Source: Candidatus Cloacimonadales bacterium (GTDB lineage Bacteria > Cloacimonadota > Cloacimonadia > Cloacimonadales > JAIOQZ01). Taken from it: a DNA stretch of 64,000 bases. The stretch is taken from assembly GCA_963665815.1 (NCBI GenBank), contig OY762463.1, positions 3,616,001 to 3,680,000 of the forward strand, in the 5' to 3' direction. A program made the translations under genes and the position numbers. This document shows positions 10,646 to 20,161 of the stretch, one piece after another. Within the stretch, counting starts at the first letter, position 1. Each line of letters opens with the position of its first letter. The notes below the pieces were generated by a model. That model had not been told where the DNA came from. It did not search any database and was given only the letters and a program-made list of their open reading frames with translations.

Positions 10646-11647
10646 ATGGCTTTTAACTTAAGAAATCGTAATTTTTTAACACTGCTTGACTTCACACCAA
10701 AGGAAATCCGTTTTCTTCTTGAATTGTCAGCAGATTTAAAAAAAGCAAAATATAATGGTACTGAGCAACCTAGACTTGAAGGCAAAAACATTGCTCTCAT
10801 TTTTGAAAAAGCTTCAACAAGAACACGTTGTGCATTTGAAGTTGCAGCATATGATCAGGGAGCTCATGTTACATATCTTGGTCCTACCGGATCTCAGATT
10901 GGTAAGAAAGAAACTATGAAAGACACTGCAAGAGTTCTTGGTAGAATGTATGATGGTATTGAGTACCGTGGCTTTGGTCAACCAATCGTAGAAGAACTTG
11001 GTAAGTACGCTGGTGTACCGGTGTGGAATGGTTTAACTAACGAATATCATCCAACTCAAATTTTAGCAGATCTTCTCACAATTATGGAAAACATCTCCAA
11101 ACCTCTGGAAAACGTTATCTTTACATACGTTGGTGACGGAAGAAACAACATGGCAAACTCATTGATGATTGGTTGTGCTAAAATGGGAATGGATTTCAGA
11201 CTTGTTGCTCCGAAGGAAGTTCATCCTGAAGCTGGACTTGTTGAACAATGTGAAGAAATTGCTGCACAAACAGGTGCTAAAATCATGATTACAGACAATA
11301 TTGATGCCGGTGTAAAAGATACTGATGTAATATATACAGACGTATGGGTATCAATGGGTGAACCTGAAGAAGTATGGAAACAGAGAATTGAACTTCTTAT
11401 GCCTTATCAGGTAAATATGGAAATGATGAAAAAATCTGGTAAAAAAAGCACATTATTCATGCACTGCCTTCCTTCATTCCATAACACAGATACTGTTATA
11501 GGAAAAGAAATTTTCGAGAAATTCGGAATTGATGCAATGGAAGCAACAGATGAAGTTTTTGAATGTGAAAACTCTGTAGTTTTTGATGAAGCAGAAAACA
11601 GAATGCACACAATTAAAGCAGTAATGGTTGCTACTCTCGGTAAATAG
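10646..11647 (+). CDS. argF: Ornithine carbamoyltransferase
   Basis: STRTR carbamoyl-phosphate motif, HPTQ, DVWVSMG, HCLP, EAENR; RBS AAGGAG. Confidence 0.96.
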   Translation: MAFNLRNRNFLTLLDFTPKEIRFLLELSADLKKAKYNGTEQPRLEGKNIALIFEKASTRTRCAFEVAAYDQGAHVTYLGPTGSQIGKKETMKDTARVLGRMYDGIEYRGFGQPIVEELGKYAGVPVWNGLTNEYHPTQILADLLTIMENISKPLENVIFTYVGDGRNNMANSLMIGCAKMGMDFRLVAPKEVHPEAGLVEQCEEIAAQTGAKIMITDNIDAGVKDTDVIYTDVWVSMGEPEEVWKQRIELLMPYQVNMEMMKKSGKKSTLFMHCLPSFHNTDTVIGKEIFEKFGIDAMEATDEVFECENSVVFDEAENRMHTIKAVMVATLGK

Positions 11648-11678
11648 TCTTTTAGACTGCAATAAAAAAGAATTTTAA

Positions 11679-11709
11679 GCCTGTCCAGATTATGGACGGG
11701 CATTTTTTT
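11679..11709 (+). terminator. Intrinsic terminator after argF
   Basis: GCCTGTCCA-gatta-TGGACGGGC followed by ATTTTTTT. Confidence 0.75.
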
Positions 11710-11812
11710 CAAATATGTCTATTATTGGATAGATGATTTTTCACCCTGAATAATGTTGATTCCATTAACCAATTTATAACTTTAAAGAAATACTAGTTTT
11801 TTTAAAAAACAT

Positions 11813-11842
11813 TTGACTTATCCTTTTTTTAGTGCTTATATT
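11813..11842 (+). promoter_or_regulatory. Putative sigma-70 promoter for gene A
   Basis: TTGACT-N18-TATATT about 60 nt upstream of the RBS (AAGGAG) and ATG 11905. Confidence 0.45.
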
Positions 11843-11904
11843 TTCCTCTGCTTCAAGAAGTAAAATATTTACTATGTAAAATAAATTCTAAAAAGGAGAG
11901 TTTA

Positions 11905-14900
11905 ATGAGTAAGAAGCTAGTTTCAATAATCTTACTAACTTTTGCATTCTTTGCTTTGCATGCGCAGACTGCAGGAGGTCCGGATGCCTTCGGGTATTCA
12001 TGGCGAAACAGCAATGATCCGAGTGGTCCAACATATGGTTGGATAACTCCGGACACGGTAAATGGAAATCTTGTAACGGGACAGGCCGATGACAACATGG
12101 TCGGACCATTCCCTATAGGATTCCAATTCCCATTTTATGCTAACACCTATACTGATTTCTATTTGAGTTCAAATGGATTTATATCTTTCTCAGGTGATTC
12201 AAACAGTCTTTCTAACTATACAATTCCAACTTCCGGAACCCCAAATGCTTTTATCGCGTGGTTCTGGGATGATATGGACCCTGTAAGTTCTTCAACGCCA
12301 GCAAACAATGCAACAGTGATATACGAAAATATTACTGTTGACAATGCTAATGCTATGTTGATCTCTTTTGTTAATTATCATGAATATCCTGGTGAAAATG
12401 CTGGTTATGTAGATTGTCAAGTAATACTGAAAGCCAATGGTGAAATTATTATTCAGTATGATCATATTGATAATTCAATTGATAGAAATGGTTGTACAGT
12501 TGGTATTGAGAACAGTGTCGGTACAATTGGTCTTGAATATCTATTCAACAATGGAGCAAACTTCAGTGATCAGCTTGCAATACGATTCTACACAATCGAA
12601 CCGGGTTATCCTGAGTTTCCAAGAAATGCAAGTCCTGCAGATAATTCACAAGGTGTTGCTGTAAATGGCAACCTCACATGGGATTTCGGTGCTGATACCG
12701 ACAGCTATGACTTATGGTTCGGACCTGCCGGAAACATGACACAGGTTGTAACCGGAGCTACTGCCGGAGCTAATGCTTCATATGCATACACCGGATTAAA
12801 TACTCTTACAGATTACGAATGGCAAGTTGTTTGTCATAACACTAACACACGTTTGACAACTCCCGGATCTGTATGGGGTTTTACGACTCAATGTGGAACT
12901 GTATCAACATTCCCATTCAATGTAGACTTCGAAAATGGTGGAGCTGAACCATCATGCTGGAATCAGGATCCTGGCAACCTTGATCCATGGACTTTCGGAA
13001 CATCAACTCCATCGGTCAATACAGGTCCTCAAAGTGGTGACCATACTTCCGGCTCAGGATACTTCATGTATACTGAAGCATCAGGTAATCTGAACCAGAC
13101 TTTCACAATTGAATCACCGGTATTTGATGTTTCAGGAGCAACTTCTCCATCACTTGAATTCTGGTATCATATGTATGGACAGACAATGGGATCTCTTCAG
13201 GTCAACATACATAAGCTTACATCAAACATTTATATTAACGACGTTGTTCCTGCCATTTCAGGAGATCAAGGAGATGTATGGAATGTTCAATCGATAGACC
13301 TTACACCATATAATGATGAACCAATTGCAATTCAATTTATTGGAACAACCGGAAGTGACTACTATAGTGACATTTGTATTGATGATTTCTCAATCATTGA
13401 TCTTGTTAATCCTCCGGGATGTACAACTATAAATTTCCCTGTTAATATGGGAATAGATGTTCTTGAAGATGGTATGTTAAGCTGGAATGCTTCTGTAGCA
13501 ACTTCAGGATACAAAGTCTATCTTGGTACAGATAATCCTCCAACAAACATGATTGATGGTCTTGACGTCGGGGCCAATACAACATACACATATACAGGTC
13601 TTTCATATGCAACAAACTACTACTGGAAGATTGTACCTTACAATGCAAATGGCGATGCAACAGGTTGTCCTGTAAACAGCTTTGTGACACGTGGAGATCC
13701 TACAGTAACAACATATCCTTATACTGAAGATTTCGAAAGCGGCACAATACCTACTAACTGGTTAAATCTGACTGATGTTGACAATAATGACTGGACATTC
13801 ATTTCTAATCATAACTATGGTGCTACATTTGACCACACATCAGGTTCAGGACTTTTCGCTGCATTTGATGATGCCGGTGGAGATGACTGCTGGCTTATGT
13901 CTACAGTATTTGATATTACAGCATTAACTAATCCTAGTCTTGAGTTTTACTATTGGATTGGTATAGATACACAAGCAGCACAGGCTCAATCAGTACTTCA
14001 TATTGATATAATCTCTGGAGACAGTGTTTATTATGATGTTTCAACATTATCATATTCTTCTCACTGGACAGCTTATTCACTTGATTTAACTCCTTACAGT
14101 TCAGACAGGGTCAAAGTGTTATTCAGAGGAGAAGGAAGTTCATCAATTTACAGTGATGTGGCAATAGATGATTTTCTTATTCATGATATTAATACTGCAC
14201 CTGTTTGTAATACACTCCTTGCTCCAGCCGATCAGGCAACATTCGTAAGTATTGATGAAGTACTTTCATGGGATGGTACTCCCGGAGCATCAGGATACAA
14301 ACTTTATCTTGGAACAGATAATCCTCCAACAAATATTGACAATGGTACTGATCTTGGAAATGTATACTCATATTCATTACCATTCGTAAATTATGACACC
14401 GTATTCTACTGGTCAATTGTACCATATAATCCAATAGGAGAAGCAGCAAACTGCTCAGTAAGGTCTTTCACAACAAGAACAGATCCTACTGTAAGCACAT
14501 TCCCTTATAACGCATCATTCTCAGACCAATCCCTTCCTCTGGACTGGATTAACATGACAAATGATTCTGACGAATGGATATTATCTCCATCTCAAACATA
14601 TACATGTTCATCTGAACATACTGGAAATGGCGGAAACGCTTTAATTTTTGATGATAGTGGTACAGGTGTGGATTCAGCTGTTGTTCAGACAACTGTTTTT
14701 GATATCACCGGCATGACAAATCCTGTTGCAGCTTTTTATTACTGGATTGGTGTTCAGTCACAACAGGCTCAGTTGCAGTCTAACTTATACGTAGATGTAT
14801 TATCAAACGGTGTATGGGATTATAATGTTGTTTCCTATACATACACCGGAGCATGGGCAGTTGCATCTATTGACTTGATTCCGTATATGGGTAATGATGT

Positions 14901-17900
14901 TAAACTTCAATTACGCGGTGTTGGAACATCTAGTTTCTATAGTGACATAGCAGTCGATGACTTCATAATTTATGACGCAACTACCCCTCCTGGCTGTGCT
15001 CTTGCAATTAACCCACTTAATGGACAGGGAGAAGTTGTAGAAACCGGTTCTCTAAACTGGGCAGCAGCAATGGGAGCTACAGGTTATTATTTAAGTTTCG
15101 GTTCTGACAACCCTCCAACTGACATTGTTGATAATGTTGATCTTGGTAATGTTTTAACTTATGACTTTACAAACCTTAATAGAGAGACAACATATTACTG
15201 GTCTGTCACCCCTTACAATGGTAACGGAACAGCAACAGGCTGCCCTATATGGCACTTCCAGACAATACCGGACTCTGTTGTTACAACTTTCCCATGGGTT
15301 GTTACATTCGACAACGGTCAAATACCTATGTGGTGGGAAGATGATCCAACTAATCTTGATCCATGGTCTATAGGTTCTTCAACTTCATCAGTAGATACAG
15401 GACCGCAATCCGGTGACCATACTTCCGGTGGTGGACAGTTTATTTATACTGAAGCATCAGGAAACCTTAATCAAACATTTAAAATGAAAACTTCAGGATA
15501 CGATATTACCGGTTTAGTTGCACCTCAACTTGTATTCTACTATCACATGTATGGTCAGTCTATGGGATCACTTGCTGTGAATATCATCCAACCTGGTTCA
15601 GGAACAATTCATACTGATGTAATGACTCCTGTCACAGGTGATCAGGGTGATGTATGGAATGAAGCCGTTATAGACCTTCTTCCATACAATGCAGAACCAT
15701 TCATTGTTGAATTCGTCGGAACAACTGGAAATGACTTTTACAGTGATATCTGTATTGATGATGTCATTGTTTATGATAACACAATGCCTCCGGGATGTAT
15801 CTCTGAATCAACTCCAATTCACATGGCAATTGATGTTGTTGAATCCAGTAACCTTTCCTGGAGTAGTACTCTTGGAGCAACCGGATTCAATATCAGTCTT
15901 GGAACAGACAATCCTCCAACAAATATTCTGAGTAATGTAGATCTTGGAGATACATTAATGTATACTCTTTCAGGTCTCAGCTACTCAACAACATATTTCT
16001 GGCAAATTATACCTTACAATGACAATGGAACAGCTACAGGCTGTCCTGTATGGAGTTTCACAACTCGTGGTGATCCCACAGTAAACATATTCCCTTATGT
16101 TGCGGACTTTGACAATGGTACACTTCCACAATGGTGGTATGATGATCCAGCTAATCCTGCTCCATGGATCGTATCATCTTCAACACCAAGTGCAAATACC
16201 GGTCCTCAAGCCGGTGACCATACTTCAGGAACCGGTAACTTTGCTTATGTAGAATCAAATAACCACATAAATGAAGCTCATACACTTACTTCAACAGTAT
16301 TTGATATTACAGGATTACAGTCTCCTCAACTTGGGTTATGGTATCATATGTATGGAAATGACAATGGTTCTTTCCAGGTTCATATTTATCAACCACAATC
16401 CGGAACTTTGCATTCAGACGTAATGACACCTGTTAATGGTAATCAAGGTTCTGTATGGCAATGTGCAAACATCGACCTTACACCTTACGCTGCTGAACCA
16501 TTCGTTGTTCAAATGGTTGCTACAACCGGTCAAAATGGTCTCAGTGATATTGCAGTTGATGACTTTACTATCTATAGTAATACTGTACCTCCTTCATGTG
16601 TTACCCTTAACGCTCCTGCTGATCAGGCAGTTGAAGAGACCGAATACGGTGAACTTAATTGGAACAGTGTTCTTGGAGCAACAGGCTACAGACTGTTCTT
16701 CGGTACAGATAACCCTCCAACTGACATTGAAAACGGAACTGACATAAGCGACAGTACATATTTTGCTTTTGCCGGATTAACTTATGGTACAACATATTAC
16801 TGGCAAGTAGTACCTTACAATGGTAATGGCAACTCAACAGGATGTCCTGTATGGAGCTTTACTGTTCGTGGTGATCCTACTATCACAGCTTATCCATATT
16901 CAGTAGACTTTGATGATGGATCTCTTCCAACCTGGTGGTCACAAGACACAACTGATGATATGGACTGGACAATGAATTCAGGTACAACAAATTCGACTAA
17001 TACCGGACCTACAGGTGATCATACTTCCGGAGCCGGATATTACTTATACACAGAGGCATCCGGATATAACAATATGACAGCTAACCTCGAAACAAGACCA
17101 TTTGATTTTTCTAACAATGGATACCCTGTACTTTCATTCTGGTATCACATGTATGGACAAACAATGGGAACTCTCAGTATTGATGTTTATAGTCACACAA
17201 ACAGCAGCTGGACAAATGATTTCTTCTCAATCAGTGGAGATCAGGGTAATCAATGGTTAGAGCAACAAGTTGATCTGACAGTATTTGTTGGACAAACTGT
17301 TCACATCAGATTCAGAGGACATACCGGTGATAACTATTACAGTGACATCTGTATTGATGATGTCAGTATGCTCAATATGATTCCACCGGATGATGACCTT
17401 GCAGCATTGACTATAGTTGGTAATGCAACCCCACGAGTTGGTATTACAAGTACATATACCGTTACAGTAAGAAATATTGGTTTCAATGATCAATCTACCT
17501 ACGATGTTAAGTTAATGGAAAATGGTAATGAACTTGCAACTGTTACTGGACAGGCAATTACTCAAGGTCAGAATATTGATTTTGATATTGACTGGACTCC
17601 TACTGTAGAAGGCGTAACCGATATTTATGGTAAAGTCGTTCTTGCAGGTGACGAAGCAACACCAAATGATGAAACAGAACTATTACGGGTTGATGTTCAA
17701 CCTTCACAAACAGGTATTGCAGGTACAGTAACTGACGTACTTGGTAATCCTCTTGATAATGTTCAAATACTTGTAGAAGAACTTGCATCAGTTGTTTATA
17801 CTGATGAAACAGGACATTACGAATACCTGGCTATGCCACCTGAATCCTACACAGTAACAGCTTCACTTACAAATTACACAAGCCAGACTATTGGCGGTGT

Positions 17901-19074
17901 TCAAGTTGTTCAGGATCAGACAACCATAATTGATATTCAACTTGGTCAAGGTGCTATCATCAGCGGATTTGTAAGAGATACTTATACTAATCCGGTTCCA
18001 AATGTTGAAATGACTCTCAGTGACAGTACAGTTGTTTATACCGATGATTCAGGATTCTATATTATCCTTAATCTTCCAACAGCAACATTCAGCCTTACTG
18101 CATCAAAAGATGGTTTTGAATCAGTTACAACTGATAACATCAATGCGGTTGATGGACAAACTGTTGATGTTGACTTCAATATTCTTGAATTTGGTAGACT
18201 TCATATTGACTTCACATCAAATACAGGAAACAACGCCGGTGCTGTAGCTGTAATGACAGATACTTCTGACAATACAGAATACACTGCAACATCTGATGCT
18301 GATGGTAATATTGACATTGGTGGAATGTATCCCGGAACTTATAACCTTGTTGTTACAAAAGCAGATCACGATCCATATACACAAGATGGAATCCAGATTG
18401 TTGCAGGTGACAATACAGGCTTAAATGTTGATCTGTTTGAAGTGTTGATTGCTCCTACTAATGTAGAATGGATATCAAATGGTGGATACTTGAGATGGAC
18501 TCATGGTGGTAGACTGTACGAAACAAGAGCAGGCGATAATGATGTTCTTGCTGATGGTGAATCCTACACAGAAAGAGATTCTGATAATGAAGAAGACGAA
18601 CGTGCATTCCTTTATTTCAGAGTTGAAGTTGATATAGTAAATCAGACAACACAAGATACATTCTTTGTATTGCAGGGATTTGCTGAGAATGAAGAATTAA
18701 CAGCCAGAATTACAGCAATCTATGAAAGTGGAACAGCTGCAGCTCCTGATTATACATTTAATTATGTTGTTGCAAATGATCCTGATGATGTAAATCTTGT
18801 AACAGAACTTAAAGGTAACTATCCTAACCCATTCAATCCTACTACACACATTGAATTCTCACTTAAGAAAGCCGGAAGAGTAGAACTCGCTGTCTACAAT
18901 ATTAACGGACAGAAAGTAAGAACACTTGTAAGTGAAGAAATGGAAGCAGATAACCATAAGGTTACCTGGAATGGTAAAGATGACAGAGGAAACTCAGTAT
19001 CAAGTGGAGTATACTTCTACAGACTGCAAACCTCTGAAGTATCACAAACTAAGAAAATGCTGATGCTTAAATAG
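11905..19074 (+). CDS. Large secreted surface protein A: signal peptide, NIDO-like domain, 6x(Ig/FN3-like + MAM-like), CARDB-like, 3 carboxypeptidase-regulatory-like domains, FN3-like, FlgD-Ig/T9SS-like C-terminal domain
   Basis: Signal peptide ending ALHA. GGPDAFGY...IGF.FPFY...SNGFISF...IAWFWDD. MAM motifs TGP..DHT.G.G...YTEAS and FWYHMYG...GDQG..W...SDICIDD. Ig motif GTDNPPT...YYW...PYN..G...CP. C-terminus NYPNPFNP...WNGKD...SSGVYFYRL...KMLMLK. Confidence 0.88.
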   Translation: MSKKLVSIILLTFAFFALHAQTAGGPDAFGYSWRNSNDPSGPTYGWITPDTVNGNLVTGQADDNMVGPFPIGFQFPFYANTYTDFYLSSNGFISFSGDSNSLSNYTIPTSGTPNAFIAWFWDDMDPVSSSTPANNATVIYENITVDNANAMLISFVNYHEYPGENAGYVDCQVILKANGEIIIQYDHIDNSIDRNGCTVGIENSVGTIGLEYLFNNGANFSDQLAIRFYTIEPGYPEFPRNASPADNSQGVAVNGNLTWDFGADTDSYDLWFGPAGNMTQVVTGATAGANASYAYTGLNTLTDYEWQVVCHNTNTRLTTPGSVWGFTTQCGTVSTFPFNVDFENGGAEPSCWNQDPGNLDPWTFGTSTPSVNTGPQSGDHTSGSGYFMYTEASGNLNQTFTIESPVFDVSGATSPSLEFWYHMYGQTMGSLQVNIHKLTSNIYINDVVPAISGDQGDVWNVQSIDLTPYNDEPIAIQFIGTTGSDYYSDICIDDFSIIDLVNPPGCTTINFPVNMGIDVLEDGMLSWNASVATSGYKVYLGTDNPPTNMIDGLDVGANTTYTYTGLSYATNYYWKIVPYNANGDATGCPVNSFVTRGDPTVTTYPYTEDFESGTIPTNWLNLTDVDNNDWTFISNHNYGATFDHTSGSGLFAAFDDAGGDDCWLMSTVFDITALTNPSLEFYYWIGIDTQAAQAQSVLHIDIISGDSVYYDVSTLSYSSHWTAYSLDLTPYSSDRVKVLFRGEGSSSIYSDVAIDDFLIHDINTAPVCNTLLAPADQATFVSIDEVLSWDGTPGASGYKLYLGTDNPPTNIDNGTDLGNVYSYSLPFVNYDTVFYWSIVPYNPIGEAANCSVRSFTTRTDPTVSTFPYNASFSDQSLPLDWINMTNDSDEWILSPSQTYTCSSEHTGNGGNALIFDDSGTGVDSAVVQTTVFDITGMTNPVAAFYYWIGVQSQQAQLQSNLYVDVLSNGVWDYNVVSYTYTGAWAVASIDLIPYMGNDVKLQLRGVGTSSFYSDIAVDDFIIYDATTPPGCALAINPLNGQGEVVETGSLNWAAAMGATGYYLSFGSDNPPTDIVDNVDLGNVLTYDFTNLNRETTYYWSVTPYNGNGTATGCPIWHFQTIPDSVVTTFPWVVTFDNGQIPMWWEDDPTNLDPWSIGSSTSSVDTGPQSGDHTSGGGQFIYTEASGNLNQTFKMKTSGYDITGLVAPQLVFYYHMYGQSMGSLAVNIIQPGSGTIHTDVMTPVTGDQGDVWNEAVIDLLPYNAEPFIVEFVGTTGNDFYSDICIDDVIVYDNTMPPGCISESTPIHMAIDVVESSNLSWSSTLGATGFNISLGTDNPPTNILSNVDLGDTLMYTLSGLSYSTTYFWQIIPYNDNGTATGCPVWSFTTRGDPTVNIFPYVADFDNGTLPQWWYDDPANPAPWIVSSSTPSANTGPQAGDHTSGTGNFAYVESNNHINEAHTLTSTVFDITGLQSPQLGLWYHMYGNDNGSFQVHIYQPQSGTLHSDVMTPVNGNQGSVWQCANIDLTPYAAEPFVVQMVATTGQNGLSDIAVDDFTIYSNTVPPSCVTLNAPADQAVEETEYGELNWNSVLGATGYRLFFGTDNPPTDIENGTDISDSTYFAFAGLTYGTTYYWQVVPYNGNGNSTGCPVWSFTVRGDPTITAYPYSVDFDDGSLPTWWSQDTTDDMDWTMNSGTTNSTNTGPTGDHTSGAGYYLYTEASGYNNMTANLETRPFDFSNNGYPVLSFWYHMYGQTMGTLSIDVYSHTNSSWTNDFFSISGDQGNQWLEQQVDLTVFVGQTVHIRFRGHTGDNYYSDICIDDVSMLNMIPPDDDLAALTIVGNATPRVGITSTYTVTVRNIGFNDQSTYDVKLMENGNELATVTGQAITQGQNIDFDIDWTPTVEGVTDIYGKVVLAGDEATPNDETELLRVDVQPSQTGIAGTVTDVLGNPLDNVQILVEELASVVYTDETGHYEYLAMPPESYTVTASLTNYTSQTIGGVQVVQDQTTIIDIQLGQGAIISGFVRDTYTNPVPNVEMTLSDSTVVYTDDSGFYIILNLPTATFSLTASKDGFESVTTDNINAVDGQTVDVDFNILEFGRLHIDFTSNTGNNAGAVAVMTDTSDNTEYTATSDADGNIDIGGMYPGTYNLVVTKADHDPYTQDGIQIVAGDNTGLNVDLFEVLIAPTNVEWISNGGYLRWTHGGRLYETRAGDNDVLADGESYTERDSDNEEDERAFLYFRVEVDIVNQTTQDTFFVLQGFAENEELTARITAIYESGTAAAPDYTFNYVVANDPDDVNLVTELKGNYPNPFNPTTHIEFSLKKAGRVELAVYNINGQKVRTLVSEEMEADNHKVTWNGKDDRGNSVSSGVYFYRLQTSEVSQTKKMLMLK
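18065..18435. repeat. Near-identical coding tract shared by gene A and gene C (inverted copy at 32341-32711)
   Basis: About 2 mismatches in 371 bp by eye. Shadow ORFs 18020-18247 and 32529-32732 share an identical peptide, confirming nucleotide identity. Confidence 0.9.
18769..19074. repeat. 306-bp C-terminal-domain repeat shared by genes A, B (20162-20467) and C (31699-32004)
   Basis: Near-identical DNA encoding VANDPDDVNLVTELKGNYPNPFNP...KMLMLK in all three genes. Confidence 0.92.
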
Positions 19075-19084
19075 GCTTTAGCTG

Positions 19085-19171
19085 TTTACACCGTCCAAAT
19101 GGTCTTTAGACCTTTGGAATGATGTGTAAATTAGATTTCGAAACAGCCTCTCATTCGGGAGGCTGTTTTTT
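19085..19171 (+). terminator. Conserved 3' UTR of gene A: long hairpin then intrinsic terminator
   Basis: TTTACAC..TCCAAA.GGTC-ttta-GACC.TTTGGA..GTGTAAA, then AAACAGCCTC-tcattcgg-GAGGCTGTTTTTT. Confidence 0.85.
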
Positions 19172-19214
19172 ATCTACGCTTTTAGTAGATCGGTTGAGTG
19201 TGTGACGTAACGTC

Positions 19215-19329
19215 CAACTAACGTTCAGAGGCAGACTGTATACGTTTCTCCTGACAGGAGGAAAGATTTTCAAATGAAAATCAAGGAGGTTAATTACTTT
19301 TTACGATTTTTCCCAATAACTCAAGTCCC
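19215..19329. repeat. Dispersed structured repeat 'R', copy 1
   Basis: Direct repeat of 19942-20052: CAACTAACG...CTCCTGACAGGAGGAAAGATTTTC.AATGAAAATCAAGGAG.TTAATTAC...CCAATAACTCAA.TCCC. Confidence 0.85.
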
Positions 19330-19484
19330 TGCATATCTATTCTGATAGAACTGGGTATATGATGGGCGAGCAACCTGCTCCCTTTATCTTACTCTAATAA
19401 GTTCATCAAACTTATCATTCGGCATAGATCAATTAGTTTCTAATAATGGTTTATCTGCGGACAACAGTCTTGACTTAGTGAAAC

Positions 19485-19705
19485 ATTTGCATAATTGGTG
19501 TAGTTGACTCAATTTTTGAATTCATCAAATTCTGACTCAAAATGAGCTTCTCTGAAAAGCTTTTTTATTGAATCCAAAAATCACATCAATACTTTTTAAC
19601 CATCGTAGGAGTGTCCTGTTAAAAGATTCAATAAACTCATCTATATTTTTTTAATTTTTTTCATTATACCAAAACTACTTGATTATGCTATTATGCAAAG
19701 CTCTC
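19485..19705. repeat. Dispersed non-coding repeat 'S', copy 2, with about 70 extra nt
   Basis: Aligns to the reverse complement of 10393-10536, with an extra segment at about 19602-19670 bounded by ACC on both sides. Confidence 0.8.
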
Positions 19706-19941
19706 TTATTGCAAGATTTTAGATGAAATTCAGGCTATATTGGAGTGCATTGACTGATTCACCAGTGCGATGAGTAAGATCACAAGAAAAACTGTAGATT
19801 GTAACACAATTTGCACTTCTCTGTTTGTATTCTTTCAGAAACATCTAATGTTTTTCAATCATTCCAAAGGTGTTCCACATGAGTCAATCGTCCGGTTGTC
19901 TCTACGTGTTTTGGCAGAGAATTTCTAAGTATGTAAAGTCT

Positions 19942-20052
19942 CAACTAACGATCAGACCGTATAAGTTCCTCCTGACAGGAGGAAAGATTTTCGAATGAAA
20001 ATCAAGGAGATTAATTACGTTTCTACGATTTTCCCCAATAACTCAATTCCCC
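19942..20052. repeat. Dispersed structured repeat 'R', copy 2
   Basis: Direct repeat of 19215-19329; contains palindromes TTCCTCCTG-A-CAGGAGGAA and GATTTTC-gaat-GAAAATC. Confidence 0.85.
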
Positions 20053-20058
20053 TAAAAC

Positions 20059-20146
20059 AAAAAAACAGCCTCCCGAATGAGAGGCTGTTTCGAAATCTAA
20101 CTTACACATCATTCCAAAGGTCTAAAAACCATTTGGAAGGTGTAAA
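20059..20146 (-). terminator. Conserved 3' UTR hairpin and terminator of gene B
   Basis: Reverse complement is nearly identical to 19085-19171. Confidence 0.85.
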
Positions 20147-20161
20147 GAAACTGATATTGAA

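Noticed and set aside
10646..11647. Arginine deiminase (arc) operon
   Set aside because: The OTC gene is monocistronic with its own terminator and no arcA/arcC/arcD nearby, so a catabolic versus anabolic role cannot be decided here.
19085..19130. SECIS-like element in the 3' UTR hairpin
   Set aside because: The upstream genes have no in-frame TGA, and the ATGA in the stem is not conserved in copy C.
19172..20058. CRISPR array
   Set aside because: Only two long repeats and one partial copy; no regular 25-45 bp repeat/spacer periodicity and no cas genes.
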